This document shows positions 1 through 8,519 of a stretch of 64,000 bases of DNA, one piece after another. A model generated the notes under the pieces. It had not been told where the DNA came from, made no database searches, and saw only the letters and a list, made by a program, of their open reading frames with translations. This stretch comes from an uncultured Solirubrobacteraceae bacterium (lineage in GTDB: Bacteria; Actinomycetota; Thermoleophilia; Solirubrobacterales; Solirubrobacteraceae). Position numbers and translations under genes: made by a program. Where the stretch lies: assembly GCA_963740765.1 (NCBI GenBank), contig CAVUFN010000008.1, positions 392,092 through 456,091 of the forward strand, read 5' to 3'. Numbering within the stretch: position 1 is the first letter of the stretch; every line of letters starts with the position of its first letter.

Positions 1-94
1 CGGCGGCATGAAGGCGTCGGGGCACGGCCGCGACCGCTCGCTGCACGCGCTCGACGCGTACGGGCAGCTGAAGACGACCTGGGTGGCGCTATGA
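1..94 (+). CDS. aldehyde dehydrogenase family protein, C-terminal fragment (gene begins upstream of window)
   Basis: Frame starting at nt 2 reads GGMKASGHGRDRSLHALDAYGQLKTTWVAL*, resembling the conserved ALDH C-terminus (GG.K.SG.GRE). TGA at 92-94 overlaps the next ATG (ATGA). Confidence 0.6.
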   Translation, partial: GGMKASGHGRDRSLHALDAYGQLKTTWVAL

Positions 95-993
95 GAATCG
101 GGTTCATCGGCCTCGGGCACATGGGGCATCCGATGTGCGAGCAGGTGATCGCCGGCGGCTACGAGGTGACCGCGTTCGACCTGGTGCCGGAGCGCGTGCC
201 GGCCGGAGCGCGCCTGGCGGCGTCGGTCGCGCACTGCGCCGCGGCCGTCGACCTGCTGATCACGATGCTCCCGGGCCCGCGCCAGGTCGAGGACGTTCTC
301 CTCGGCGTCGACGGGGCGATCGCGTCCATGGCGCCGGGCTCGCTCGTGGTGGACATGAGCACGAGCTCGGCCGTCGTCGGGCATCGCGTCGCCGCGGCGG
401 CCGCGGCCCGGTCGATCGCGGTCATCGACGCCCCGGTCGCCGACGCCCTGCGCGCCGCCGAGGGCAGGCTCCACATCTTCGTGGGCGGGGACGCCGTCGC
501 CGTCGCCCGCGCGCGCCCGGTGCTCGAGACCATGGGCGACCCGGCGGGCATCGTCCACGTCGGCCCGCACGGCGCCGGCTACGCGGTCAAGCTGCTGGTC
601 AACCTGCAGTGGTTCGTCCACGCCGCGGCGGCGGCCGAGGCGATGGTGGTCGGAGTCCGCGCCGGCATCGACCTGCGCGCGCTGCACGAGATCTTCGCGG
701 CCGGCCCGGCCCGCAGCTCGTTCCTCGAGCACGAGGCGCTCGAGGTCCTGGTGGACGGCAGCTACGGCGAGCGCTTCCCGCTCGGGCTGGTCACCAAGGA
801 CCTCGCGCTCGCGCTCGAGCTGGCGGGGGACACCGGGGTCCCGACGCCGGTCAGCCAGCGCACGCGGGAGCTGTACGACCAGGCGCGGTTCCAGCTCGGC
901 GACGGGGCGGGGGAGATGGGGGTCCTGCAGCTGCTCGAGGAGATCACGCACACGCCGCTGCGCTTCACCCCGGAGGTCGCGCGTGCTGCTTGA
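91..993 (+). CDS. NAD(P)-dependent oxidoreductase, 3-hydroxyisobutyrate/6-phosphogluconate dehydrogenase-like (HIBADH family)
   Basis: N-terminal Rossmann motif MRIGFIGLGHMG, about 300 aa, and a C-terminal helical domain typical of the HIBADH family. Confidence 0.85.
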   Translation: MRIGFIGLGHMGHPMCEQVIAGGYEVTAFDLVPERVPAGARLAASVAHCAAAVDLLITMLPGPRQVEDVLLGVDGAIASMAPGSLVVDMSTSSAVVGHRVAAAAAARSIAVIDAPVADALRAAEGRLHIFVGGDAVAVARARPVLETMGDPAGIVHVGPHGAGYAVKLLVNLQWFVHAAAAAEAMVVGVRAGIDLRALHEIFAAGPARSSFLEHEALEVLVDGSYGERFPLGLVTKDLALALELAGDTGVPTPVSQRTRELYDQARFQLGDGAGEMGVLQLLEEITHTPLRFTPEVARAA

Positions 994-2086
994 GTCGGCC
1001 CTGCGCATCCCGGTGCGCCAGGAGGTCGTCTTCGCCGAGGACGCGGTGCTCGGCGTCGGTGACATGGTGCGCTCGCTCGGCTACGAGACCGCGTTCGTCG
1101 TCACGGACCCCGACCTCATGGCCGCCGGCGTCGCGCCGCGGTTGCTGCGCGCGCTCGGGGACGACGGCGTGCGCACGGGCGTCTTCGACGCCGTCGGCCG
1201 CAACCCGGACCTCGGGTGCGTGCGCGACGGGTCGCTCGCGCTGCGCGCGTTCGGGCCGGCGGTGGTCGTCGCGATCGGCGGCGGCTCGCCGATGGACGCG
1301 GCCAAGGCGATCGCGCTGCACGCCGCGGATGAGGGAGAGACCGTCGCCCCCCTGATCGCCGTCCCGACGACAGCGGGCACCGGCGCGGAGACCAACGGCT
1401 TCGGCGTCATCGACGACCACGCCGAGCAGCGCAAGGTGTACATCGGGGACGCGTCGACGAGCCCGCGGTACGCCGTGCTGGACCCGTTGCTGACGGTGAG
1501 CGCGCCGCCCGGCGTCACCGCCGCCTGCGGCATCGACGTCCTCGCGCACGCCGTCGAGTCCCTGCAGGCCCGGGCCGGCAACGACTACTCGGCCGCGCTG
1601 GCGTTCGAGGCGATCCGGATCGTCATCGCCCGGCTTCCGGGGCTGGTGGCCGACGGCTCCGATCGCGGCGCCCGGTCCTCGATGCTGCTCGCCGCGCATC
1701 TCGCGGGCCTGGCGTTCGCCACCACTGGCCTGGGCACCGCCCACGCCATCGGGCACGCGCTGTCGGCGCGCTACGGCACCGCCCACGGCGTCGCTCTGGC
1801 GGCCGTCCTGCCCGAGGTCGTAGCGGCGAACCTCGCCTCGCGCGAGGCGGCGACCGCCCGGCTCGCGGCCGCGACGCAGATCGCGCCCGACGCGGCCGGG
1901 GTGCCGGCGGCCATCGCCGTGCTCCGCGACCGCACCGGACTGCCGGCGCGGTTGCGCGACCTGCAGGTCCCGCGCGACGACCTCCCCGCGATCGCCGCCG
2001 ACGCCGTGTCCGACGTCGTCATCGCCAACGCGCCGGGGGCGCCGTCGCAGGCCGCCGTCCTGCGCGTGCTCGAGGCCGCCTACTAG
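983..2086 (+). CDS. iron-containing (group III) alcohol dehydrogenase
   Basis: Motifs AIGGGSPMDAAKAIA and His-rich metal-site region (DVLAHAVES, HAIGHALS). 367 aa. GTG start overlaps the upstream stop by 11 nt. Confidence 0.85.
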   Translation: MLLESALRIPVRQEVVFAEDAVLGVGDMVRSLGYETAFVVTDPDLMAAGVAPRLLRALGDDGVRTGVFDAVGRNPDLGCVRDGSLALRAFGPAVVVAIGGGSPMDAAKAIALHAADEGETVAPLIAVPTTAGTGAETNGFGVIDDHAEQRKVYIGDASTSPRYAVLDPLLTVSAPPGVTAACGIDVLAHAVESLQARAGNDYSAALAFEAIRIVIARLPGLVADGSDRGARSSMLLAAHLAGLAFATTGLGTAHAIGHALSARYGTAHGVALAAVLPEVVAANLASREAATARLAAATQIAPDAAGVPAAIAVLRDRTGLPARLRDLQVPRDDLPAIAADAVSDVVIANAPGAPSQAAVLRVLEAAY

Positions 2087-2099
2087 GTAGAGTCGCGCG

Positions 2100-2264
2100 A
2101 TGATCCTGGGTCCGCGGTCGTGGTGGCGTCATCGCACCTGGACGCAGGTCGAGGCGAAGCTCATCGAGAGCAGGTTCGTGCGCCGAGTCGTCCAGCCCGA
2201 GTCGGAGACGTACCAGACCTGGGACTACATGGTCGAGCTCCCCGGCGAGGCCGGTGGCGTGTAG
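2100..2264 (+). CDS. small hypothetical protein (54 aa, Trp-rich), absent from the ORF track because it is under 60 aa
   Basis: ATG at 2100, TAG at 2262-2264. Peptide is MILGPRSWWRHRTWTQVEAKLIESRFVRRVVQPESETYQTWDYMVELPGEAGGV. About 90% G/C at codon position 3, as in neighbouring genes. It ends 2 nt before the GTG (2267) of the decarboxylase. The competing frame (track ORF start 2120) is Arg/Gly-rich and non-protein-like here. Confidence 0.5.
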   Translation: MILGPRSWWRHRTWTQVEAKLIESRFVRRVVQPESETYQTWDYMVELPGEAGGV

Positions 2265-2266
2265 GC

Positions 2267-3688
2267 GTGCCGACCGACCCGCGCGACCTGCGGGCTGACG
2301 CGCCGCTGCTGGACGCATGGTTGCGCCACCTCGCGAACCGGGGTGACCCGTTCACCGTCCCCGGTCACAAGGGGCGCAGCGACCTGGTCGGCGACGTCGT
2401 GGCCGCCGACGTGCCGCTCTACGCCGGACTCGACACGCTGAAGCTGACGCACGGCGTCCTGGCGGAGGCCGAGGCGCGCGCGGCCTGCCTGTGGGGGGCC
2501 GACGTCTGCCGCTTCTCCACCGGCGGCTCGACGCACGCCAACCAGGCGGTCGCGCTCGCGCTCGCCGGGGACGGGGACCGCGTCATCGTCAGCCGCACGC
2601 TGCACCGCTCGATGCTGCTCGGGCTGGTGCTCGCCGGCCTCACGCCGATCTGGGTGCGTCCGGAGATCGACGCCGCGACCGGGCTGCCGCTGGGCGTGGC
2701 CCCCGCCGCGGTCCGCGCGGCACTCGCCGCCCACCGCGACGCGCGGGCCGTGCTCGTCGGCGACCCGTCCTACGTCGGCACCGTCGGCGACGTCGCCGGG
2801 CTCGCTGCCGCGGCGCACGCGCACGACGTCCCGCTCGCGGTCGACGCGGCGTGGGCGGCGCACTTCGGCTTCCATCCGTCGCTGCCGGAGCATGCGCTCG
2901 CGCTCGGTGCCGACGTGATCGTCACCAGCGCGCACAAGACGCTGCCGGCCTGGAGCCAGGCCGCGCTCGTGCTCGCCCGCACCGAGCGCATCGATCCCGC
3001 GCGCCTGGAGGCCGGCGTCGAGGCGACCGCGACGACGAGCCCGGCCGGGGCGATCCTCGCCAGCACGGACGCGGCGCGCGCGCTGATCGAGCGCGACGGC
3101 GAGGCGTTGCTCGGCGCCGCGATCGAGGCCACCGCCGCGGCGCGCTCGCGGCTCCGCGAGGTCGACGGTCTCGCGGTTCTCGACGGGCCGGCGGTGGATC
3201 CCTTGAAGCTGACGCTCGTGCTCGCGGGCACGGGCGCGGACGGCAACGCCATCGAGCAGGACCTGATCGCCGCGGGCCAGCCCGTCGAGTCGGCCGACCG
3301 CGACGTGATCATCGGCATCGTCACGCTCGCCGACACCCAGCGCAGCCTCGACGCCTTCGTCACCACCGTCGCCGCTGCGGTCGAGCGACATCGCGGTCCG
3401 GCGCGTGCCGTCGTCGGGTCAGCGTCCTTCAGCGTCGAGCCGGTGACGGTGATGCCGCCGCGGCAGGCCTTCTTCGCTCCGGTCGAGACGGTGCCCGCGG
3501 ACCGCGCCGTCGGCCGGGTCAGCGCCGAGCTGATCGCGCCCTACCCGCCCGGCATCCCGGTGCTCGCGCCCGGGGAGCAGGTCACCGCCGCATCGCTCGA
3601 CGCGCTCGAGCAGGCGCGCGCGGCCGGCGTCCGGATCGCCTACGCCGCCGACCCGGCCCTCGCCACCCTCCGCGTGGTCGCGGACTGA
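2267..3688 (+). CDS. PLP-dependent Orn/Lys/Arg decarboxylase family protein
   Basis: FTVPGHKG near the N-terminus and the PLP-lysine motif TSAHKTLPAWSQAA. The track ORF starts at 2120, but the conserved sequence begins at VPTDPRDL (GTG 2267). Start is uncertain. Confidence 0.8.
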   Translation: MPTDPRDLRADAPLLDAWLRHLANRGDPFTVPGHKGRSDLVGDVVAADVPLYAGLDTLKLTHGVLAEAEARAACLWGADVCRFSTGGSTHANQAVALALAGDGDRVIVSRTLHRSMLLGLVLAGLTPIWVRPEIDAATGLPLGVAPAAVRAALAAHRDARAVLVGDPSYVGTVGDVAGLAAAAHAHDVPLAVDAAWAAHFGFHPSLPEHALALGADVIVTSAHKTLPAWSQAALVLARTERIDPARLEAGVEATATTSPAGAILASTDAARALIERDGEALLGAAIEATAAARSRLREVDGLAVLDGPAVDPLKLTLVLAGTGADGNAIEQDLIAAGQPVESADRDVIIGIVTLADTQRSLDAFVTTVAAAVERHRGPARAVVGSASFSVEPVTVMPPRQAFFAPVETVPADRAVGRVSAELIAPYPPGIPVLAPGEQVTAASLDALEQARAAGVRIAYAADPALATLRVVAD

Positions 3689-3694
3689 CGCGCC

Positions 3695-4675
3695 GTGCGT
3701 GCCGTGGCCTACGACGCCTTCCGAGCGGCGCCCCGCGTGGTCGACCTCCCGTCGCCGTCCTGCCCGCCGCACGCCGCCTTGGTCCGCGTGGCCGCGACCG
3801 GCGTGTGCCGGAGCGACTGGCACGGCTGGCAGGGTCACGACGCCGACATCGCGGCGTTCCCGCACGTTCCCGGCCACGAGTTGGCTGGAACCGTCGAGCA
3901 CGTGGGGGAGGCGGTGCGTTCGTGGCGCGGCGGTGAGCGCGTGACGGCGCCGTTCGTCTGCGCGTGCGGGACCTGCGGAGCCTGCGCGACCGGGAACGGC
4001 CAGGTCTGCGAGCACCAGACCCAGCCCGGCTTCTCCCATTGGGGCTCGTGGGCCGAGCTCGTCCGCATCGACCACGCCGATGTCAACCTCGTCGCGCTGC
4101 CGGAAGGCATGGGCTTCGCCGAGTCGGCCGCGCTCGGATGCCGCGTCGCGACGGCCTACCGAGCGGTCGTCCAGGTTGGGCGCCTCCAGGCCGGCGAGCG
4201 GATGACGGTCCACGGCTGCGGCGGGGTGGGTCTGGCGGCGATCCTGGTCGGCGCGGCCGCGGGGGCGACGGTGATCGGGATCGATCCGGAGCCGGAGGCG
4301 CGGGACCTGGCGGTGGCGCTCGGAGCGGCGACAGCGGTCGCGCCGGGGGAGGCGCTGCCCGACGCGGACCTGTCCGTCGACGCGGTCGGCCACCCGGCGG
4401 CTCTGGCGGCCTCGCTGCGCGGGCTGCGCCGTCGCGGACGCCACGTGCAGGTCGGGCTGTTCCCCGACGCACCGCCCGTTCCCATGGACGTCGTCATCGC
4501 CCGGGAGCTGCAGGTGCTCGGCTCGCACGGGATGGCGGCCCACAGCTACCCGCGGCTGTTCGCGCTCGGCCTGCCGATCGGCCGCCTGGTCACCCGGCGG
4601 ATCGGCCTCGAGGACGCCCCGGCGGCACTCACCGATCCGCCTCGCGGCGGCGGCATCACGGTCATCGAGCTCTGA
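3695..4675 (+). CDS. zinc-binding medium-chain alcohol dehydrogenase
   Basis: GVCRSDWHGWQGHD catalytic Zn motif, CACGTCGAC structural Zn cysteines, GCGGVG Rossmann motif. 326 aa. Confidence 0.85.
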   Translation: MRAVAYDAFRAAPRVVDLPSPSCPPHAALVRVAATGVCRSDWHGWQGHDADIAAFPHVPGHELAGTVEHVGEAVRSWRGGERVTAPFVCACGTCGACATGNGQVCEHQTQPGFSHWGSWAELVRIDHADVNLVALPEGMGFAESAALGCRVATAYRAVVQVGRLQAGERMTVHGCGGVGLAAILVGAAAGATVIGIDPEPEARDLAVALGAATAVAPGEALPDADLSVDAVGHPAALAASLRGLRRRGRHVQVGLFPDAPPVPMDVVIARELQVLGSHGMAAHSYPRLFALGLPIGRLVTRRIGLEDAPAALTDPPRGGGITVIEL

Positions 4676-5165
4676 CCGCCCGGCGCTCGGCCGCATGCTC
4701 GACCGCGTGTGCCTTGTCGTCAAGCGACATGGAACCGGGATGTCCTTCGCCGGGCCACGGGGTCAGCAGCAGGAGCAGCCGCGTGTCGGTGACGGCATGG
4801 ACGGCGTGGCGTTCGCCAGGATCGAACTCGACGAGCCGGCCCGGGGTGCCGGCGATGCGTTCGCCCGCCGCGGTGGTGATCTCCGCCTCGCCGCTGAGGA
4901 TCGAGACCCAGGCATGGGCGGGGTGGGGACCAGGTGCCCCCGTGCGGGCGCCCTCGCAGGCAGGGAGCAGGGCGGGCGAGCTGGTCGGTCGGCAGCGCCG
5001 CGCCCGGTCGGTGGATACTGGTCGCGGTGAGTGGGGACGATCACGTCGAACGCCCGTCGCGGCAGCGCTGCTGACGGTGCCCGATCTCGAGGTCAGCCGG
5101 CAGGTCGAGCAGCGGCTGCAGGAGTTGTACGCGCGACACCTGCCGCTCGACGCCCAGCACCCCAC
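4662..5165 (-). CDS. cupin domain protein (N-terminus doubtful; possible frameshift, true start may be GTG 5044 in another frame)
   Basis: The C-terminal 100 aa are cupin-like (GPHPAHAWVSILSGEAEITTAAGERIAGTPGRLVEFDPGERHAVHAV). The first roughly 60 aa of the tracked ORF are Cys/Arg/Ser-rich and overlap the glutaminase start antisense. An alternative frame gives VIVPTHRDQYPPTGRG from GTG 5044. Confidence 0.55.
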   Translation of the reverse strand: MGCWASSGRCRAYNSCSRCSTCRLTSRSGTVSSAAATGVRRDRPHSPRPVSTDRARRCRPTSSPALLPACEGARTGAPGPHPAHAWVSILSGEAEITTAAGERIAGTPGRLVEFDPGERHAVHAVTDTRLLLLLTPWPGEGHPGSMSLDDKAHAVEHAAERRAVRAR

Positions 5166-6072
5166 GACCTTCTACGACGCTGAGCGGGGCCTGTATCCGG
5201 CAGCCGACGCGGGGGCGGAGACCGACCACTTCGCAATCTGCCTGGCCACCGTCGACGGCGCGATCTACACCGCCGGGGATCACGATCTCCCGTTCGCGTT
5301 GCAGTCGGTCTCGAAGGTGTTCGCTTACGCGCTGGCGCTGGGCGATCTTGGGCGCGAGCGCGTCATGGCGCGCGTGGGCGTCGAGCCGAGCGGCGAGGCG
5401 TTCAACGCGATCGAGTTCGACGAGCGCCACGCGCGCCCCTACAACCCGATGGTCAACGCCGGGGCGATCGTGACCAGCAACCTCGTCCGCGGCAGCACGG
5501 CCGACGAGAAGGCCGACCGCATCCTGGCGACCCTGCGCCTGTATGCGGCCAACGACGCGCTGGCCGTCGACCCCCGCACGCTGCGGGGCGAGCTGGGACC
5601 CGCGGGCGACCGCAACCGCGCGATCGCGTACCTGATGCGCAGCCAGGGCATGCTCGAGGTCGAGGTCGAGGACGCGCTCGCGGTCTACCTCAAGCAGTGC
5701 TCGGTGCACGTGACCTGCCGCGACCTCGCGGTGATGGCCGCGACGCTCGCCAACGGCTGTGTGAACCCGGTGAGCGGCGACCGCGTCCTGCCCCGCGATC
5801 GCGTCCGTGACGTGCTGAGCGTGATGCACACCTGTGGCATGTACGACGCCGCCGGCCAGTGGACCTACGACGTCGGCGTCCCCGCCAAGAGCGGCGTGAG
5901 CGGGGCGCTGCTCGCCGTGGTCCCCGGCAAGCTGGGCATCGGGGTCTGGTCACCCGGGCTCGACGCGCAAGGGAACAGCGTGCGCGGTGTGCGGGTCTGC
6001 CGTGAGCTGTCCGAGCGCCTCGGCCTGCACGTGTTCGCGACCGAGGCCGAGGACGCCCTGCTGCGCGCGTAG
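5077..6072 (+). CDS. glsA: glutaminase A
   Basis: The C-terminal 331 aa of track ORF 3964..6072 show FAICLATVDG..GD..PFALQSVSKVF..EPSGEAFNAI..NPMVNAGAI, all glutaminase (beta-lactamase-fold) motifs. GTG 5077 is the first in-frame start after position-3 GC content rises to coding level. Confidence 0.85.
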   Translation: MPDLEVSRQVEQRLQELYARHLPLDAQHPTTFYDAERGLYPAADAGAETDHFAICLATVDGAIYTAGDHDLPFALQSVSKVFAYALALGDLGRERVMARVGVEPSGEAFNAIEFDERHARPYNPMVNAGAIVTSNLVRGSTADEKADRILATLRLYAANDALAVDPRTLRGELGPAGDRNRAIAYLMRSQGMLEVEVEDALAVYLKQCSVHVTCRDLAVMAATLANGCVNPVSGDRVLPRDRVRDVLSVMHTCGMYDAAGQWTYDVGVPAKSGVSGALLAVVPGKLGIGVWSPGLDAQGNSVRGVRVCRELSERLGLHVFATEAEDALLRA

Positions 6073-6394
6073 TCGCTCCCCGGTCGAGCACGATCTCGGC
6101 CTCCGGAGTGCCGCGGTCCGGCTGACGATGCACTCAACCTGACGGTCGTACGGTTGTATGCGTGAGCGGACTGACGCCAGACCTCGCCGGGCATCGCAGC
6201 GCGGACCCGAGCCTGCAGGGCTCTGCGATGAGGTCTGCACCAGCGTTGGTCAGAGCCTGCGGGAACTTCAGGAGCTCATCGGCGACGGTCCGAGCCCATG
6301 GGCACCGGTCCCCTCCGTGACGGGCCGAAAGGCGCGCGACCTCCGGTGATGCGTCGGCCCTACTCCTCGTGACGGGCGCAGGCGGTGTCCCCGG

Positions 6395-7171
6395 GTGATC
6401 GCGCTCGCGATCCCGTTCGGCTTGGTGATCGGCCTGATCGTCGGCGCCGTCGGCGGCGGCGGCGCGATCCTCGCGCTGCCGGTGCTCGTGTACATCCTCG
6501 ATCAGCCGGTGGGTCCCGCGTCGGCGGCGTCGCTGATCGTGGTCGCGGTGGCGGCCTCGGTCGGGGCAGGGTCCCTGGCCCGCGACGGGCACGTGTGCTG
6601 GCGCCTCGCGCTCACGTTCTCACTGCCGGCGGCGGGAGGGTCTCTGCTGGGGGCGATCGCCAACGCCCACGTGAGCGGACCGGCGCTGATCCTCGCCTTC
6701 GTTCCGGTCATGCTCATCGCGGCGTTCGCGACCTGGCAGCGCGCCGGCGCCGAGACGGCCGACGCGGACGCCGGGTGCCCGGTCGTCGGGCTCGGGCCGA
6801 TCGCGGCCGGGGGATTCGCGGTGGGCCTGCTCACCGGGTTCTTCGGCGTCGGAGGGGGTTTCGTGATCGTCCCCGTCCTCACGCTCGGCTTCGGGCTGCC
6901 CTTCCGCCGCGCCGTCGCGACGTCGCTGGTGATCATCACGCTGGTCGGCGTCGCCGCGCTCGTCAGCCACCTCGCGCAGGGCGCCGAGATCATCTGGAGC
7001 GTCACGATCGCGCTGGCGGTGGCGACCGCCATCGGCGCGCTGCTCGGAACCATCGTCGGAGGACGCCTGCCTCAGCAGACCCTCGGCCGCGGGTTCTCCA
7101 TCGTCGTCGCCGTGGTCGCCGTGTTCCTGCTCGTCGACACCCTGGCCTTCAACGGCCCGCCGGGCAGCTGA
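6395..7171 (+). CDS. TauE/SafE family sulfite/anion exporter membrane protein
   Basis: 258 aa and polytopic. It has a duplicated GxxxGxxGGGG motif (GLIVGAVGGGGAILALPVLVY and LLTGFFGVGGGFVIVPVL). Confidence 0.8.
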   Translation: MIALAIPFGLVIGLIVGAVGGGGAILALPVLVYILDQPVGPASAASLIVVAVAASVGAGSLARDGHVCWRLALTFSLPAAGGSLLGAIANAHVSGPALILAFVPVMLIAAFATWQRAGAETADADAGCPVVGLGPIAAGGFAVGLLTGFFGVGGGFVIVPVLTLGFGLPFRRAVATSLVIITLVGVAALVSHLAQGAEIIWSVTIALAVATAIGALLGTIVGGRLPQQTLGRGFSIVVAVVAVFLLVDTLAFNGPPGS

Positions 7172-8519
7172 CCGGCGTCGCCGGCACGCGGTGCGGAAGC
7201 TCGATCCAGACATCTGCACCCTGAGGTGTGTTGGCGGCGGACGCCGTGCCGCCGTGCGCTTCGGCTATGGCCGCGACGATCGGCAGTCCGAGCCCGAATC
7301 CGCCGGCGTGTCCGCTGCCGGTCCGCTGGAAAGCGGTCGACAGCGCTTCGGTCGGGAAGCCACCGCCATGGTCGATCACGTGGATCTCGACCCCAGCTCC
7401 CTTCCTTCGGGCGGAGAGCGCGATCGGCGGAGAGCCGTGACGGAGGGCGTTGTCGACGAGGTTGCCGAGCGCCTGCTCGAGTCGAAGCTCGTCGGCGACG
7501 ACCGTCAGCCCCGGGGGGACGTCGGCGCGCACCGAACCGCCGCTGACCGTCGCGAAGCGTCTGACGACCTTGTGCACGACCGATGCGAGATCGACGGGCC
7601 GGGGGTCGAGGGGAAGCCCGCCTTCTTCGGCGCGGGCGAAGACGAGCAGATCCTCGGCCAGGCGAGCGAGGCGGTCGGTCTCGTCCGCGATCGACTCGAG
7701 CGCCGGCCGCAGCTCGTTGTCGGCCGGGCTGCTCTCGAGGGCGAGCTCCACCTCCGTCTGCAGGATGGCCAGCGGCGTCCGCAACTCGTGGCTGGCGGTG
7801 GCGAGGAACGCTCGCTCGTGCGCGACGGCAGTTTGCAGGCGCGCCAGCATGGCGTTCAGGGTCTCGCCGAGCCGCCGGATCTCGTCGCGGGTCTGCGGAA
7901 GCGGCAGGCGGGCCTCGGAGGTCGCGGTCGAGATCTCAGACGCGCGGCGGCGCATGCTCTCCACGGGACGGAGCGCGCCGGAGGCGACGAGGTATCCCGC
8001 CCCCGAGGACAGGATCAGGATCAATGGTCCGCCGATGAGCAGCACGCTCCCGAGCGATTCCAGTGCCCGCTCTCGCTGCACCATCGAGGTGCTGACGACG
8101 ATCGCTCGACCCGTGCCGGCGGGGCGTCCGAACAGTCGCACGGCTTCCTGTCGCTCGTAGCGGACCGGCCCGTGCAGGGCACGCCGCAGGCGTTCGCCGG
8201 CCAGCAGGGGCGCGGCGTGGCCGCGCGGCGAGGCCGCCAGGATCCGTCCGGCGGCGTCGAGCAACTGCGCGGGTTCGCCCTCCACCTGCAGCGCGCGCGT
8301 CAGCGGTCCTTCGCCCGTTCGCCGCGCGAGCCTGGCGAACTCCGCCGAGCGGGTCCGTAGTGAGGAGTCCAGCGACGCGTCGAGCCCGGACTTCACCTGG
8401 AGGTAGATGAAGACTCCCGCCGCGCTCAGCAGCAGGGCACTGGCCAGCGCGAAGGCCAGCGTGAGACGCATCCGCAGCGGAAGGGACCGCCGCCGGAGCC
8501 GGGCACTCAGCCGTCGCAC
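7149..8519 (-). CDS. two-component sensor histidine kinase (HAMP-HisKA-HATPase)
   Basis: Two TM segments, H-box ASHELRTPLA, N/G boxes (NLVDNALRHG, DHGGGF, GFGLGL). Overlaps the regulator gene by 13 nt. Confidence 0.9.
   Translation of the reverse strand: MRRLSARLRRRSLPLRMRLTLAFALASALLLSAAGVFIYLQVKSGLDASLDSSLRTRSAEFARLARRTGEGPLTRALQVEGEPAQLLDAAGRILAASPRGHAAPLLAGERLRRALHGPVRYERQEAVRLFGRPAGTGRAIVVSTSMVQRERALESLGSVLLIGGPLILILSSGAGYLVASGALRPVESMRRRASEISTATSEARLPLPQTRDEIRRLGETLNAMLARLQTAVAHERAFLATASHELRTPLAILQTEVELALESSPADNELRPALESIADETDRLARLAEDLLVFARAEEGGLPLDPRPVDLASVVHKVVRRFATVSGGSVRADVPPGLTVVADELRLEQALGNLVDNALRHGSPPIALSARRKGAGVEIHVIDHGGGFPTEALSTAFQRTGSGHAGGFGLGLPIVAAIAEAHGGTASAANTPQGADVWIELPHRVPATPVSCPAGR

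Noticed and set aside
135-1355. Long Arg/Pro/Gly/Ala-rich ORFs on alternative frames or antisense strands throughout the window (for example 135..1355, 2225..3391, 2491..3936, 3419..4723, 18854..21310, 22890..24959, 26597..28330, 29631..33731, 32776..34905, 40650..42149, 45606..46736, 47499..49565, 50183..53134, 56226..58127, 61567..63579)
   Set aside because: These are typical shadow ORFs of a >70% GC genome. They have low-complexity RPGA composition and no recognisable motifs, and each is fully overlapped by a frame with clear family signatures.
3964-5076. N-terminal 370 aa of track ORF 3964..6072, and similar upstream extensions of 19909..22434, 24610..26886, 34356..35741, 34718..36691, 42210..44486, 45117..49793, 57623..60292 and 60302..62821
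   Set aside because: In each case only the C-terminal part is protein-like. It begins at a start codon that overlaps or abuts the preceding gene's stop. The extensions run through other well-supported genes.
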